Source of the DNA: an uncultured Spirochaetota bacterium
GTDB lineage: Bacteria; Spirochaetota; Spirochaetia; SZUA-6; Fen-1364
Direction of reading: 5' to 3'
Assembly: GCA_963820525.1 (NCBI GenBank)
Contig: CAWGAA010000001.1
Coordinates: 1,952,001 to 2,016,000, forward strand
DNA length: 64,000 bases
Shown: one piece after another, positions 9,701-18,678 of the stretch
Layout: every line of letters begins with the position of its first letter
Position numbering within the stretch: position 1 is the first letter of the stretch
Notes under the pieces: generated by a model
What the model saw: only the letters and a program-made list of their open reading frames with translations
What the model was told of the DNA's origin: nothing
The model's database searches: none
Translations under genes and position numbers: made by a program

Positions 9701-9969
9701 TCTGCACCTCCTCATGGGCGACGTAGCCCTACGGAGCACAATAGTAGCAAGCGATGCAGCGCTGTTATATTATCAAATCGTTGCAGTTGTCCCCTAGAAA
9801 GCTGTGTCGAACAGCTGATTCAGCCTGGCAATTCCATTGGGTGCAGTGCTGATGCGGCGGGGCAACTGAACTCTATGTTATGAGGCGCAAGTTTTTTTAA
9901 GACGTTTTGCGTCGGCAGCTTGTGCGAATCTAGTCAGTATGATATATACCTTATTTTGGGGGTAATTCC

Positions 9970-11187
9970 ATGATTCACAAGCTATTGCTAAAGAACTTCA
10001 GAGCTATTGAACAACAGGAGATAGAACTTGGAAAAATTTCAATCTTTACTGGTCCCAATAATAGCGGGAAGTCTACTCTTATCTACGGACTTCTCACCCT
10101 CAAAAACATGATTCTCAACTCAAACCAAAGTCTTGATGGTTTTTTGAACCTGGGATTCCTTAGCCTAGGTGGTTTTAGCCAGACAGTTTATTTTAAGGAC
10201 GAGAATAGGCAGATCTCAATAGGTATTGGAAGCAAGACTGAAGAAATATCTTCAGAATATATGGCTACACTTGGAAAAAAAGCAAGTACACTTAATATAC
10301 ATGCACATGAACCATTAGAAATCAGCTTAGATCTCAATGTTACTTTCCCATACCCAGCTAATGCTAGCACAGGTGCAGAGCTACAGACAGACTACGGAAA
10401 GCTCAGCATTACGTGGAATGGTATAACGCCTACGCTAACGGCCGAGAGTGTTGAGGCTGATTTAGTTCCGAAGCAGAAGGAATTGCTCCGCAAAGTTTCG
10501 CTTTCTATAACGAATCCGCTAGAAGAACTAAGATCGGTTGATTTCATTCCTCTTCGACGTGGTTTTATAAAACCTACTTACTCATCTGTTCCCCTACAGG
10601 CGCAACTTCTAAGCGATGAAGAACTCGCAACGCTCCTTGCTACAGATCGTGACTTAGAAGGAAAGGTTGCCTTCTATCTTGAAAAAATCTTGGATCGGAC
10701 TTTTTCTGTCAGGTCAACAATTGGCACTGCAAATTTTGCCCTTCAATCAAGAGATAGAGTAACAGGATTTGTCAGCGACCTTGTTAATGAAGGATTTGGT
10801 ACTAACCAGCTTGTTACAATATTAACAAAGGCTCTACGGAAAGAAGTTTCAACTATCTGCATTGAGGAAATAGAGATCCATTTGCATCCTGAACTCATGA
10901 ACAAAGTAATATCAGTGCTGATCGATATCGCAAACGAAGAGAACAAACAATTTATTATTTCTACTCATAGTGAGCATATTGTTTCTTCAGCTCTAAACCA
11001 TATTTCAACAGGTAAACTTAATAGTAGTGACTTTAAACTTTACTATCTCCACAAGGAAAAGAAGCGTGCAATTGTTGAGCAGCAGATAGTAAATGAAAAA
11101 GGTCAAGTAGAAGGCGGACTTAAAAGTTTCTATGATACAGATCTGAAGAATATTAGAGACTTTTTTAACATCAAAAACGAAAAATAA
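9970..11187 (+). CDS. Cassette 6 gene A: ABC-type ATPase (AAA_15/AAA_21-like, DUF3696-like C-terminus)
   Basis: GPNNSGKS, EGFGTNQ, IEEIEIHLHP, STHS, NEKGQVEG..SFYD. Confidence 0.88.
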   Translation: MIHKLLLKNFRAIEQQEIELGKISIFTGPNNSGKSTLIYGLLTLKNMILNSNQSLDGFLNLGFLSLGGFSQTVYFKDENRQISIGIGSKTEEISSEYMATLGKKASTLNIHAHEPLEISLDLNVTFPYPANASTGAELQTDYGKLSITWNGITPTLTAESVEADLVPKQKELLRKVSLSITNPLEELRSVDFIPLRRGFIKPTYSSVPLQAQLLSDEELATLLATDRDLEGKVAFYLEKILDRTFSVRSTIGTANFALQSRDRVTGFVSDLVNEGFGTNQLVTILTKALRKEVSTICIEEIEIHLHPELMNKVISVLIDIANEENKQFIISTHSEHIVSSALNHISTGKLNSSDFKLYYLHKEKKRAIVEQQIVNEKGQVEGGLKSFYDTDLKNIRDFFNIKNEK

Positions 11188-11654
11188 TGAACCTCGTTGT
11201 CAATGAGTGGCTACTCGAGTTTTTTTTGCCAGGTACACTTCCAGAGAATTATGAAGAGCTTTTTAGGTTTTTTGACAGTGTTCAAGAATGCAAACGTAAA
11301 ATAATAATTGGACGGGAGACACAATTCACTATTAAATTCTACCGTTTCATGAAATTATATGGCAATAATCTATCATTCAAGCAGAATTACGTTAAACTCC
11401 ATCGACTTTTATTTATCGACACTACCCGTACAATTATAGTTGAAAGACATGAAATTAAAAATATTCCTGATAAAGATATGGAAGGTGTTCATAGTGATGA
11501 TCGCTATCTACTTGAGCTTGCAGCCTCAGTTCCTAACAGTATAATTATATCAACTGATAATCGGCTTATAGATGCATTAGCAAGAATGCCACAATACCCA
11601 ATTATTCATTTGAAGGATTATTTAAAAACTTTCAATGAAAAAGGATGTGAATGA
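11187..11654 (+). CDS. Cassette 6 gene B: PIN-like domain protein
   Basis: N-terminal LVVNE strand, DDRYLLELA, IIISTD; TAATG overlap with gene A. Confidence 0.6.
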   Translation: MNLVVNEWLLEFFLPGTLPENYEELFRFFDSVQECKRKIIIGRETQFTIKFYRFMKLYGNNLSFKQNYVKLHRLLFIDTTRTIIVERHEIKNIPDKDMEGVHSDDRYLLELAASVPNSIIISTDNRLIDALARMPQYPIIHLKDYLKTFNEKGCE

Positions 11655-11659
11655 GCGCC

Positions 11660-11777
11660 TCATAACATGCTGTTGGAGTTGACCCCTTAGATTACGTTTG
11701 GAAAGTCTTAGATTACGCTGCTAAACTGCCGCTTACCTGCTTCGTGCGGCGGGGGCAACTCAACAGCGTCGTTATGT
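11660..11777 (+). repeat. attC6 (118 bp)
   Basis: TCATAAC-ATGCT-GTTGGAGTTG...CAACTCAAC-AGCGTC-GTTATGT. Confidence 0.95.
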
Positions 11778-11966
11778 GGCGTTGGCGCCGAAGGCAAGGT
11801 GTCCATGCGCTCCAGCCGGTGAACATGCTGGCGGCGGAGATCTTACACTTTGCGGTGGCAGACGGGAATGATCTACTTCGCGGAAATTGGGCCGTCGCAT
11901 CGCATCGACCATCAGGCCGACGCGGAGGTCTGCGCTCTCATGCCGGATTTGTCGGGGAGGTGACAA

Positions 11967-12626
11967 GTGAGCGACCTATACAAGAAGCGATTCGCAGAGC
12001 TTCAGCTACAGATGGAGCAGCTTCTCGCCTCAAAGAAGTCGGCTTTCGACGAGTACCTACATAAGACTCGCGAGGAGATTGATGGCAATCTCCTACTCGA
12101 GTGGACGGTGAAAACAAGAAGCCTGATTGGCAAGGCGTGCGGAATGGAATCGGAACACTACAAGGAGTTCTCTGAGAACGATGCCACAGGCGCGTACAGT
12201 ACTTACCTAGCCACGCTCGAACGTCTTCGGGCAATCTTCCTTGCCGCAAAGGAAGATTACGAAGGCGGGTATCTGAGGACCACCAGATCACTCGTACAGG
12301 CGGACCTTTTCGACTCCGAACTGGAGCAGGCGACGTCACTGATTGACGCTGGCTACAGGCTACCTGCTGCTGTCGTGGCTGGAGTGGTCTTGGAGACGTC
12401 ACTCAGAGAGCTCTGTACACGGGAAGGGCTGCCGCACGGAAAACTTGATAAAATGAATTCGGATCTGGCCAAAGCTGGAAAGTACAACGTACTCCAGCAG
12501 AAGCGAATCACTGCGCTCGCAGATATCAGAAACGCAGCTGCTCACGGCAATCCTGAGAATTTCACTGATCAAGACGTGATAGACATGATTCGAGATGTCA
12601 AACGGTTTCTGGCTGAACACGCGTGA
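11967..12626 (+). CDS. Cassette 7: DUF4145/HEPN-like protein
   Basis: AAVVAGVVLE helix and Rx4H motif RNAAAH; GGAGG RBS with GTG start. Confidence 0.8.
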   Translation: MSDLYKKRFAELQLQMEQLLASKKSAFDEYLHKTREEIDGNLLLEWTVKTRSLIGKACGMESEHYKEFSENDATGAYSTYLATLERLRAIFLAAKEDYEGGYLRTTRSLVQADLFDSELEQATSLIDAGYRLPAAVVAGVVLETSLRELCTREGLPHGKLDKMNSDLAKAGKYNVLQQKRITALADIRNAAAHGNPENFTDQDVIDMIRDVKRFLAEHA

Positions 12627-12728
12627 TGCGGACGCGTGATTCGTTGAGCAGCAAATGGGTCATTCAGCGAAGAAGCGACTTTTGCAGCCCAAGCGCCACA
12701 TAACATCTATAACAACGCGTCTGTCAAG

Positions 12729-12890
12729 AAGACGAAAGCTCCAAAACCTCCTTCGAACACTACTATGATATAGCCGGTCCTACCGGAAACATCTATACGC
12801 CCTCATCGGGGCATGATCACCTGCAGCAGGGATGTCACAATCAAATCGCGTGCCTGTAGCGGCACATGTTATGCACGTGCTCACCCCTGC
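12729..12890 (-). ncRNA. Predicted bridge/seek RNA of IS copy 2 (ends approximate)
   Basis: Same as copy 1 except target guide GCAUAACA (T at 12872 vs G at 8633). Confidence 0.78.
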
Positions 12891-13798
12891 CTCGGTGAGA
12901 CCTTCAATGGCTCTCGATATGGCTCGTTTTTCTTGAGGACCCAAAAGGTGGATTCCGATAGATGACGGGCGAGCGCTCCGATGGCCACAGAGGATCCTTT
13001 GCGACCGCGAATCCTCAGATACAGCCTGGAGACGTGGCGGCCTATCCAGCCGCGCTGTGCGTGGTGCGCTGAGATTGCATTTGCCGCCTCGATGAAGGCC
13101 CATTTGAGATACTGATTGCTCTCGGTCCTCATTTTCCCATAGTGGCACTTGCCACCGCTGGAGCTCACCCGTGGAGTGGTGCCGCTATAACTGCTGAACT
13201 GTGAAGCGGTGCAAAACCGCTCGATGCAACCGACCTCTCGATCGATAACGATTGCCAAAATGTCCCCGACGCCAGGAAGAGTCTTTAGTAGCTGCATGCT
13301 GGGGGTTAGCGAGACCTGGCTGCGGATGCGCTCCTCCAAAGAGGATATCTGAAGGCTGATGAAATCCAGAAGTTGGAGATGTTGTTCCAAGCAGCGAGCT
13401 GTCTCCGGGGGAAGCCGGGACACGGCAGAGCTCAACCATGATCGTCCCCGCTGTGAGAATACCTGGCAACCATCCTCAGCAGACAAGGCGTACTTGGCAA
13501 GGATCGAGTGAATGCGGTTCTTCAAAGACGTTCGCATCCTGCACAGGACCATTCGTGTGCGAGGCAATTCGCGCTGATCACGTAGGCCAGCTGGAGGCAG
13601 CCAAACGGTAGGAAGGCTGCCAAGCCTAAGGAGGGTAGCAAGACCACCGGCGTCCAGTTTATCGGTCTTGTTCACATTTCCCATCAACAGTTTGGCCTTG
13701 CCGGGATTTGTTAGCAAAGGAACACACCCTGAAGCTGGACCTACCCCGATTTCATAGACACATGGTTAAGCAGTATTTTAGAGGGGTAAGGAAAGGCA

Positions 13799-14089
13799 AT
13801 GGCAGACACGAGGAAGAAATACACCAAAGAGTTCAAGCTCGATGCCATCCGGCTCCTGGAGTCAGGGACAAAGCCGGGACATGAGATTGAACGGGATCTG
13901 GGAATCGGCAGCGGACAGATCTACCGCTGGAGGAAGCAATTCAGTGAGGACGGGACACGAGCTTTCCCAGGCAACGGCAGGTCCCGTGACGAGGAATTGG
14001 CCGCCTTGCGCAAAGAGAACAAGGAGTTGCGTGAGGAACGGGACATTTTAAGAAAAGCAACAGCCATCTTCTCCAGACCCCCGAGATGA
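13799..14089 (+). CDS. IS3 transposase OrfA
   Basis: RKKYTKEFKLDA HTH, leucine-zipper tail ERDILRKA. Confidence 0.93.
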   Translation: MADTRKKYTKEFKLDAIRLLESGTKPGHEIERDLGIGSGQIYRWRKQFSEDGTRAFPGNGRSRDEELAALRKENKELREERDILRKATAIFSRPPR

Positions 14090-14955
14090 AGTACCAGATC
14101 ATGAGTAAACAGCGGGGAACCCACGGCGTGGAGAAGATGGCGGAAGTATTGGGAGTAGCGCGCAGTGGGTACTATGCCTGGCTCGACGGTAAAGAGAGTG
14201 CACGAGCACTCGAGGAGAAGGAGCTGATCGAGCAGATCCGGAAGATCCAGGGCGAGGTGCGTCACAGCTACGGAAGCCCGCGCATGCGGGAAGAACTGCT
14301 GAGGCGTGGGCGGCATGTGGGGAAGAACCGAGTTGCCCGAATCATGAGAGAGAATGCCCTTGGGCCGCAGCCGAAGAGGCGGTTTGTAGTGACCACGCAC
14401 TCGAAAGACGGCCAGGAAGTGGCCGAAAACATAGTGAACAGGAACTTCGAAGCCTCCGCGGCGAATCGCGTGTGGGTGTCCGACATAACCTACGTTGCGA
14501 CAGCCGAAGGGTGGATGTATTTATGCATCGTACTGGATCTGTACTCACGTCGAGTGGCGGGCTGGTCGCTGAGCTGCGAGCTGAGTGCCGAGCTGGTGCT
14601 GACGGCGGTAGTCATGGCCGCGATTCGTCGCCGCCCGCCGCGGGGACTGTTGTTTCATTCCGATCGCGGTGTGCAGTATACCAGCGGTCAGTTTGAAAAG
14701 TTTGCCAAAGGGCACGGATTCATTCAAAGCATGAGCCGTAAGGGCGACTGTTGGGACAACGCGTGCGCGGAGACGTTTTTCAAGACCTTGAGAGCAGAGT
14801 TGATTCGGGACAAGATCTACCGAAGCAGAGAGGAGGCCAGGAGAGCAATATTCGAATACGTGGAGATCTTCTATAATCGCAAGCGGCTTCACTCGTACCT
14901 CGGCTACCTCACACCGACCGAATATGAGGAGCTCGAGGAGCGGAAGACGGCATGA
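14086..14955 (+). CDS. IS3 transposase OrfB (DDE)
   Basis: [26 protein letters not shown] overlap with orfA. Confidence 0.95.
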   Translation: MKYQIMSKQRGTHGVEKMAEVLGVARSGYYAWLDGKESARALEEKELIEQIRKIQGEVRHSYGSPRMREELLRRGRHVGKNRVARIMRENALGPQPKRRFVVTTHSKDGQEVAENIVNRNFEASAANRVWVSDITYVATAEGWMYLCIVLDLYSRRVAGWSLSCELSAELVLTAVVMAAIRRRPPRGLLFHSDRGVQYTSGQFEKFAKGHGFIQSMSRKGDCWDNACAETFFKTLRAELIRDKIYRSREEARRAIFEYVEIFYNRKRLHSYLGYLTPTEYEELEERKTA

Positions 14956-15618
14956 TTGACGATCCAAGCCAGAGTGAGGAAAAAGCCTTGCGCGTAGAGG
15001 GCCGTGGTTGCGTTTTCGGAAGGCAGGTGGTGTTTGGATACCCCCCCGAAACCGAGACGCAGGTGCAATTCAGGGTGTCCACGAAATCGGGGGAACTCCA
15101 AGCTTCGATTTCATCAGCAATCCAGTACCAATTGCCTACGCTCTCCAAAGCAACCGGGGTGCCAGGGGGGAGTCGTGAGAAAAAGCAGGAGATGGTTCCC
15201 GGAGCATGATACGGACTCGATTCAGAACCTTGCCCTTCGGGTCCTGGATCTCGAGCTGAGAGTAGTGCTTATGAGCATCACACCCAACACTCAACGACTG
15301 CATTCTGCACCTCCTCATGGGCGACGTAGCCCTACGGAGCACAATAGTAGCAAGCGATGCAGCGCTATTATATTATCAAATCGTTGGAGCAGTCGCCTTG
15401 GACGCCCGTCGGAACTGTTGGTTCAGACCCGTAAGGAAGACCGATCTGTGGTTGTAGTCGGCGGCGCTGCTCAACTCTATGTTATCTGGACTTGCTGGCG
15501 TTCCCCTGACCGCCGGTGAACCTCGGCGCCGTCTTCGACTGACCTCACGCTCCCCTTCTGGGTACCATATCGAAAGGTTGGCGAAACGTTCGTTTGACAA
15601 GTGAAAAGGAGGATGTGC

Positions 15619-17274
15619 ATGAAACCCGAGAGAGTCTTTGCTGTTCTTGCCTTTGCGATCCTGCTGGTAGCTTCGGCCGGCGCAGCCGCGTCCGACCCCC
15701 TCGACACGTGGAGCACAAACTTTGGCGCAACCACGGACGTTGCCGCGGCGGGGATAACCACGTGGATATCGGGGACACGCGTGTCAATCGACATGACAAA
15801 CGTCAATTCGGGTGGCAAGTCCGTCAGGACCTCCGGACCGGTAGGCGACTCGCATATACTGCAGCCGGTCTTCGCGTTCGGTGGCTTGACGGGCAGTGAC
15901 AAGATCGATCTTTCGGACAAGACCCTGGACGTAGAGATGTTCGTGCCAGGCGACTCGCCGCTGTCCTGGCTGGCCATCGAGGTGACGGCCGGGGATAGCT
16001 ACATCATTGTCAAAGGCAGCATAACCCCGCAAAAGGGCCGTTGGTGCAGCTACGAGGTGAATATTGCTATGGTTCTCGCGCTGGGTAGCTGGCAAACGTA
16101 CGACTGGATGCATTCTCCCAGCATTTCTTCCCATGGGGACGCCGTCAATCTGCTCAAATCCGCGCAGGCCATCAAGATAGACGCACAGGCCGATCCGGTG
16201 GTCAATAAGGCGATCGATGCCTATTTTCTGATTGACAGTGTGGGCTGGAAACCTTCCGATGCCATTGCCACGCCAGAGTTCTCTGCCTCCACGAGCGCCG
16301 AGCGCCCGGATGGCTTTCCCCGCCGGTTCCATGTGGAGGGGAACGCCTTTGTCGATCAGGCCGGTCAACGGAAGGTGTTCCGAGGCGTATCGATGCCCGC
16401 GGTTCGCCTGGCCATGATGCCGGACCCAGCCCAGCCGGAATGGAACGAGCACTATTTCCAGGTCATGGCGAATTGGGGCGCCGACGTCGTTCGGGTGCCC
16501 GTTGATCCCTTCAGTCTGCACCACGTTCCATGGGATTCCCTGACTACCGCCCTGGATCAGACCATCGCGTGGGCGGGCAAGAACAGGATGTACGTCATCA
16601 TCGACTTCCACTCCGGCGGCTCGATCGCGGAAAACTGGTACAACGGCTACAAGGAAGATCCCTATCTTACGACAAGTCTGAAGGAGTTCCTGGATTTCTG
16701 GGGCAAGATTTCCCTTCGCTATGCCAACAACGACATTGTTGCCTTCTATGAATTGTTCAACGAGCCGGCCAACCCGGCAAGTCCCCCGACAAAAGCCATG
16801 TGGGTGACATGGAAAGGGATTGCGGAGCAGGCCATCGCCGTCGTCCGCGCCAACGCTCCGGAGAAAACCATCCTGGTGGGCGGGTTGGCCTGGGGATACG
16901 ATCTGTCATTTGCCGCGGATGCGCCGGTTGCAGACGGCAATGTTGGCTATGTGACCCATCCCTATCCAAAATCGGCAATCTGGATCAGCAAGGATTGGGA
17001 TGACGCGTTCGGGAGACTGAGCGAGCGCTGCCCGGTCTTTGCGACGGAGATCGGCTATCAGAACGACATGAAGGATTTCGTAGACATCACGGTGAATGGC
17101 ACGCGCTACAGCAAGGCAATCGTTGATTACCTCGAGAAGCACCTCATCAGTTGGACCGCGTGGTGCTTCGATAACGTCTGGTTCACCTGTCTTCTGGCGG
17201 ACAGGAATTTCACGCCGACGCAGTCCGGAGCGTATTTCCGAGATCGATTGCTGGCCGCGAAACGGTCCCCGTGA
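15619..17274 (+). CDS. Secreted glycoside hydrolase family 5 with N-terminal accessory domain
   Basis: Signal peptide; IIDFH, ELFNEP (acid/base), HPY, ATEIG (nucleophile). Confidence 0.88.
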   Translation: MKPERVFAVLAFAILLVASAGAAASDPLDTWSTNFGATTDVAAAGITTWISGTRVSIDMTNVNSGGKSVRTSGPVGDSHILQPVFAFGGLTGSDKIDLSDKTLDVEMFVPGDSPLSWLAIEVTAGDSYIIVKGSITPQKGRWCSYEVNIAMVLALGSWQTYDWMHSPSISSHGDAVNLLKSAQAIKIDAQADPVVNKAIDAYFLIDSVGWKPSDAIATPEFSASTSAERPDGFPRRFHVEGNAFVDQAGQRKVFRGVSMPAVRLAMMPDPAQPEWNEHYFQVMANWGADVVRVPVDPFSLHHVPWDSLTTALDQTIAWAGKNRMYVIIDFHSGGSIAENWYNGYKEDPYLTTSLKEFLDFWGKISLRYANNDIVAFYELFNEPANPASPPTKAMWVTWKGIAEQAIAVVRANAPEKTILVGGLAWGYDLSFAADAPVADGNVGYVTHPYPKSAIWISKDWDDAFGRLSERCPVFATEIGYQNDMKDFVDITVNGTRYSKAIVDYLEKHLISWTAWCFDNVWFTCLLADRNFTPTQSGAYFRDRLLAAKRSP

Positions 17275-17310
17275 AGATGCCGAGAGGGATATTTGCCCCG
17301 TGAAGCGTTC

Positions 17311-17375
17311 GGGGACATAGGTAACAAAGAATTCCAGGGACATAGGTAACACTTATTCTGGGGACATGGGTAACA
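17311..17375 (+). repeat. Three 16-bp direct repeats (RGGGACATRGGTAACA) at the IS481 left end
   Basis: Copies at 17311-26, 17336-51 and 17360-75, directly upstream of the tnp RBS. Confidence 0.85.
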
Positions 17376-17399
17376 CTTTCCTCGAGGAGGTGGCCTCCC

Positions 17400-18300
17400 A
17401 TGCCGTGGAAAGGGGTTACCGTGAGCGAGCAGAGAGAGAATTTTCTCCGCGACTACCATCTTCGGTACTACAGCCTTTCGGATCTGGCCGAACGCTATAG
17501 CATCTCAAGGAAAACAGCCTACAAATGGATTGATCGCTACGAGCAGCACGGAAAGGACGGACTCTAGGATCAGTCGCGCCGACCTTACAGCTGCCCGTGG
17601 CAGACTGAATCGTACATCGCGGAAGCTTTGATTGAGCTGAGGTTGGCTCATCTGAGCTGGGGTCCGCGGAAGCTGCTAGATGTTCTTGAACGTCGACATC
17701 GGCGTTGGGATCTGCCAGCTGCTTCCACGGTGGCTCAAATACTCAGCAACCATGGACTGATACGTCATAGAGTTCGTCACCGACGGGCTCATCCCGGGTG
17801 CCCCCAAAGTGTCGCGCAAGGACCCAACGACATCTGGGGGGCCGACTATAAGGGCCAGTTCCGGTTGGGAAATGGTGAGTACTGCTTCCCGCAGACGGTC
17901 AGCGATCTTGATGCGCGCTACCTGCTGGGGTGCGACGGGCACCAGTAGGTCAGCAAGGATATGACAAAGGCCCATTTTACAGGGCTTTTTCACACCTACG
18001 GTTTACCCCGGCGGATTCGCACCGACAACGGGGCCCCCTTTGCCTCCAACGCCTTGGGAAGGCTCTCGGGGTTGTCGGTGTGGTTCATAATGCTGGGGAT
18101 CTACCCTGAGCTCATTGAACCAGGACAACCTCAACAGAATGGGATCCATGAGCGGATGCATCGCACCTTGAAACAGGAGACCACGCACCCGCCGGCTCGC
18201 AATATGCAGCTGCAGCAGAAGAAGTTTGATGAGTTCCGAAAAGAGTTCAACGAGCAGCGGCCCCATGAGGCCCTGGGAATGAAGCGGCCGGCAGAGGTTT
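17400..18300 (+). pseudogene. IS481-family transposase, two in-frame TAG stops, 3' truncated
   Basis: MPWK start, WGADYKG, RTDNGAPF, QQNGIHERMHRTLK; TAG at 17565 and 17946. Confidence 0.9.
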
Positions 18301-18472
18301 CACCGCGCTGCATGAGGCGGTTCATAGCGGCAATGTCGAGTTCGTCCGCCTTTTGATACGAAGTGGAGCGGATCGCTTCGCCCGGGCAGAGACTGGGCAA
18401 ACACCTCAGGAAATGGCAAATCATCAGCCTCATGCCGAGATCCGCGAATTGCTCATGGAGAGCCTGGGCTGA
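18296..18472 (+). pseudogene. C-terminal fragment of an ankyrin-repeat protein
   Basis: Manual translation GFTALHEAVHSGNVEFVRLLIRSGADRFARAETGQTP...*; no start codon. Confidence 0.8.
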
Positions 18473-18678
18473 CTCTGAAGGCTGCGGGGGAGATTGGCAG
18501 CACGGGGCAATACAAAAGGATTTGGTGCGGCTCACGGGGCAAAACGCGCCGGATCGCTATTCCTCGCTTTCGTGGCGCTTGTCGTGTATCAAGGGGTATT
18601 CCTGATCTTCAACAGGGAGCCCCGCTGGAGCCGTCGTGTGGAGGCGCGACGGCTCATTCCAACAGCGGGGTCTGCCAT

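Larger units (their letters stand above)
8467..9775 (-). mobile_element. IS110 family, IS1111-attC-type element, copy 1 (intact)
   Basis: CA core at both junctions (8465-66, 9774-75); sub-terminal IRs TATAACAACGC (8469-79) / GCGCTGTTATA (9759-69); non-coding region downstream of tnp. Confidence 0.93.
8459..9883 (+). repeat. attC5, split by IS copy 1 (8459-8466 + 9776-9883; 116 bp rejoined)
   Basis: GCCTAACA | AATCGTTGCAGTTG...CAACTGAAC-TCTAT-GTTATGA. Confidence 0.9.
13736..15100 (+). mobile_element. IS3-family element, 1365 bp
   Basis: TG...CA ends, 25-bp imperfect IRs (20/25), 3-bp AGC target duplication. Confidence 0.95.
12881..15303 (-). pseudogene. IS110-family transposase, disrupted
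   Basis: IS3 insertion at 13736-15100 and a 4-bp deletion near 15208 (GCATGATACGG vs GCATGATTGATACGG). Confidence 0.92.
12706..15378 (-). mobile_element. IS1111-attC-type element, copy 2 (interrupted by IS3)
   Basis: Near-identical to 8467-9775; CA core at 12704-05 and 15377-78. Confidence 0.93.
2216..15487. mobile_element. Integron (probably sedentary chromosomal): intI + attI + 7 complete cassettes
   Basis: Integron integrase divergent from an array of single-gene units each followed by an attC. Confidence 0.95.
12698..15487 (+). repeat. attC7, split by IS copy 2 (12698-12705 + 15379-15487; 117 bp rejoined)
   Basis: ACATAACA | AATCGTTGGAGCAG...CTGCTCAAC-TCTAT-GTTATCT. Confidence 0.9.

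Noticed and set aside
4604..15487. attC repeats as CRISPR or REP elements
   Set aside because: They have R/L box architecture, gene-sized spacing and an adjacent IntI.
17311..17375. Mini CRISPR array
   Set aside because: Repeats are 16 bp with 8-9 bp gaps, no cas genes, and they sit at an IS481 end; best read as transposase-binding repeats.
17565..17948. Amber recoding suggested by two in-frame TAGs in IS481 tnp
   Set aside because: TAG terminates intact genes here (intI, ribA, dapL) and the element is truncated; ordinary decay is simpler.
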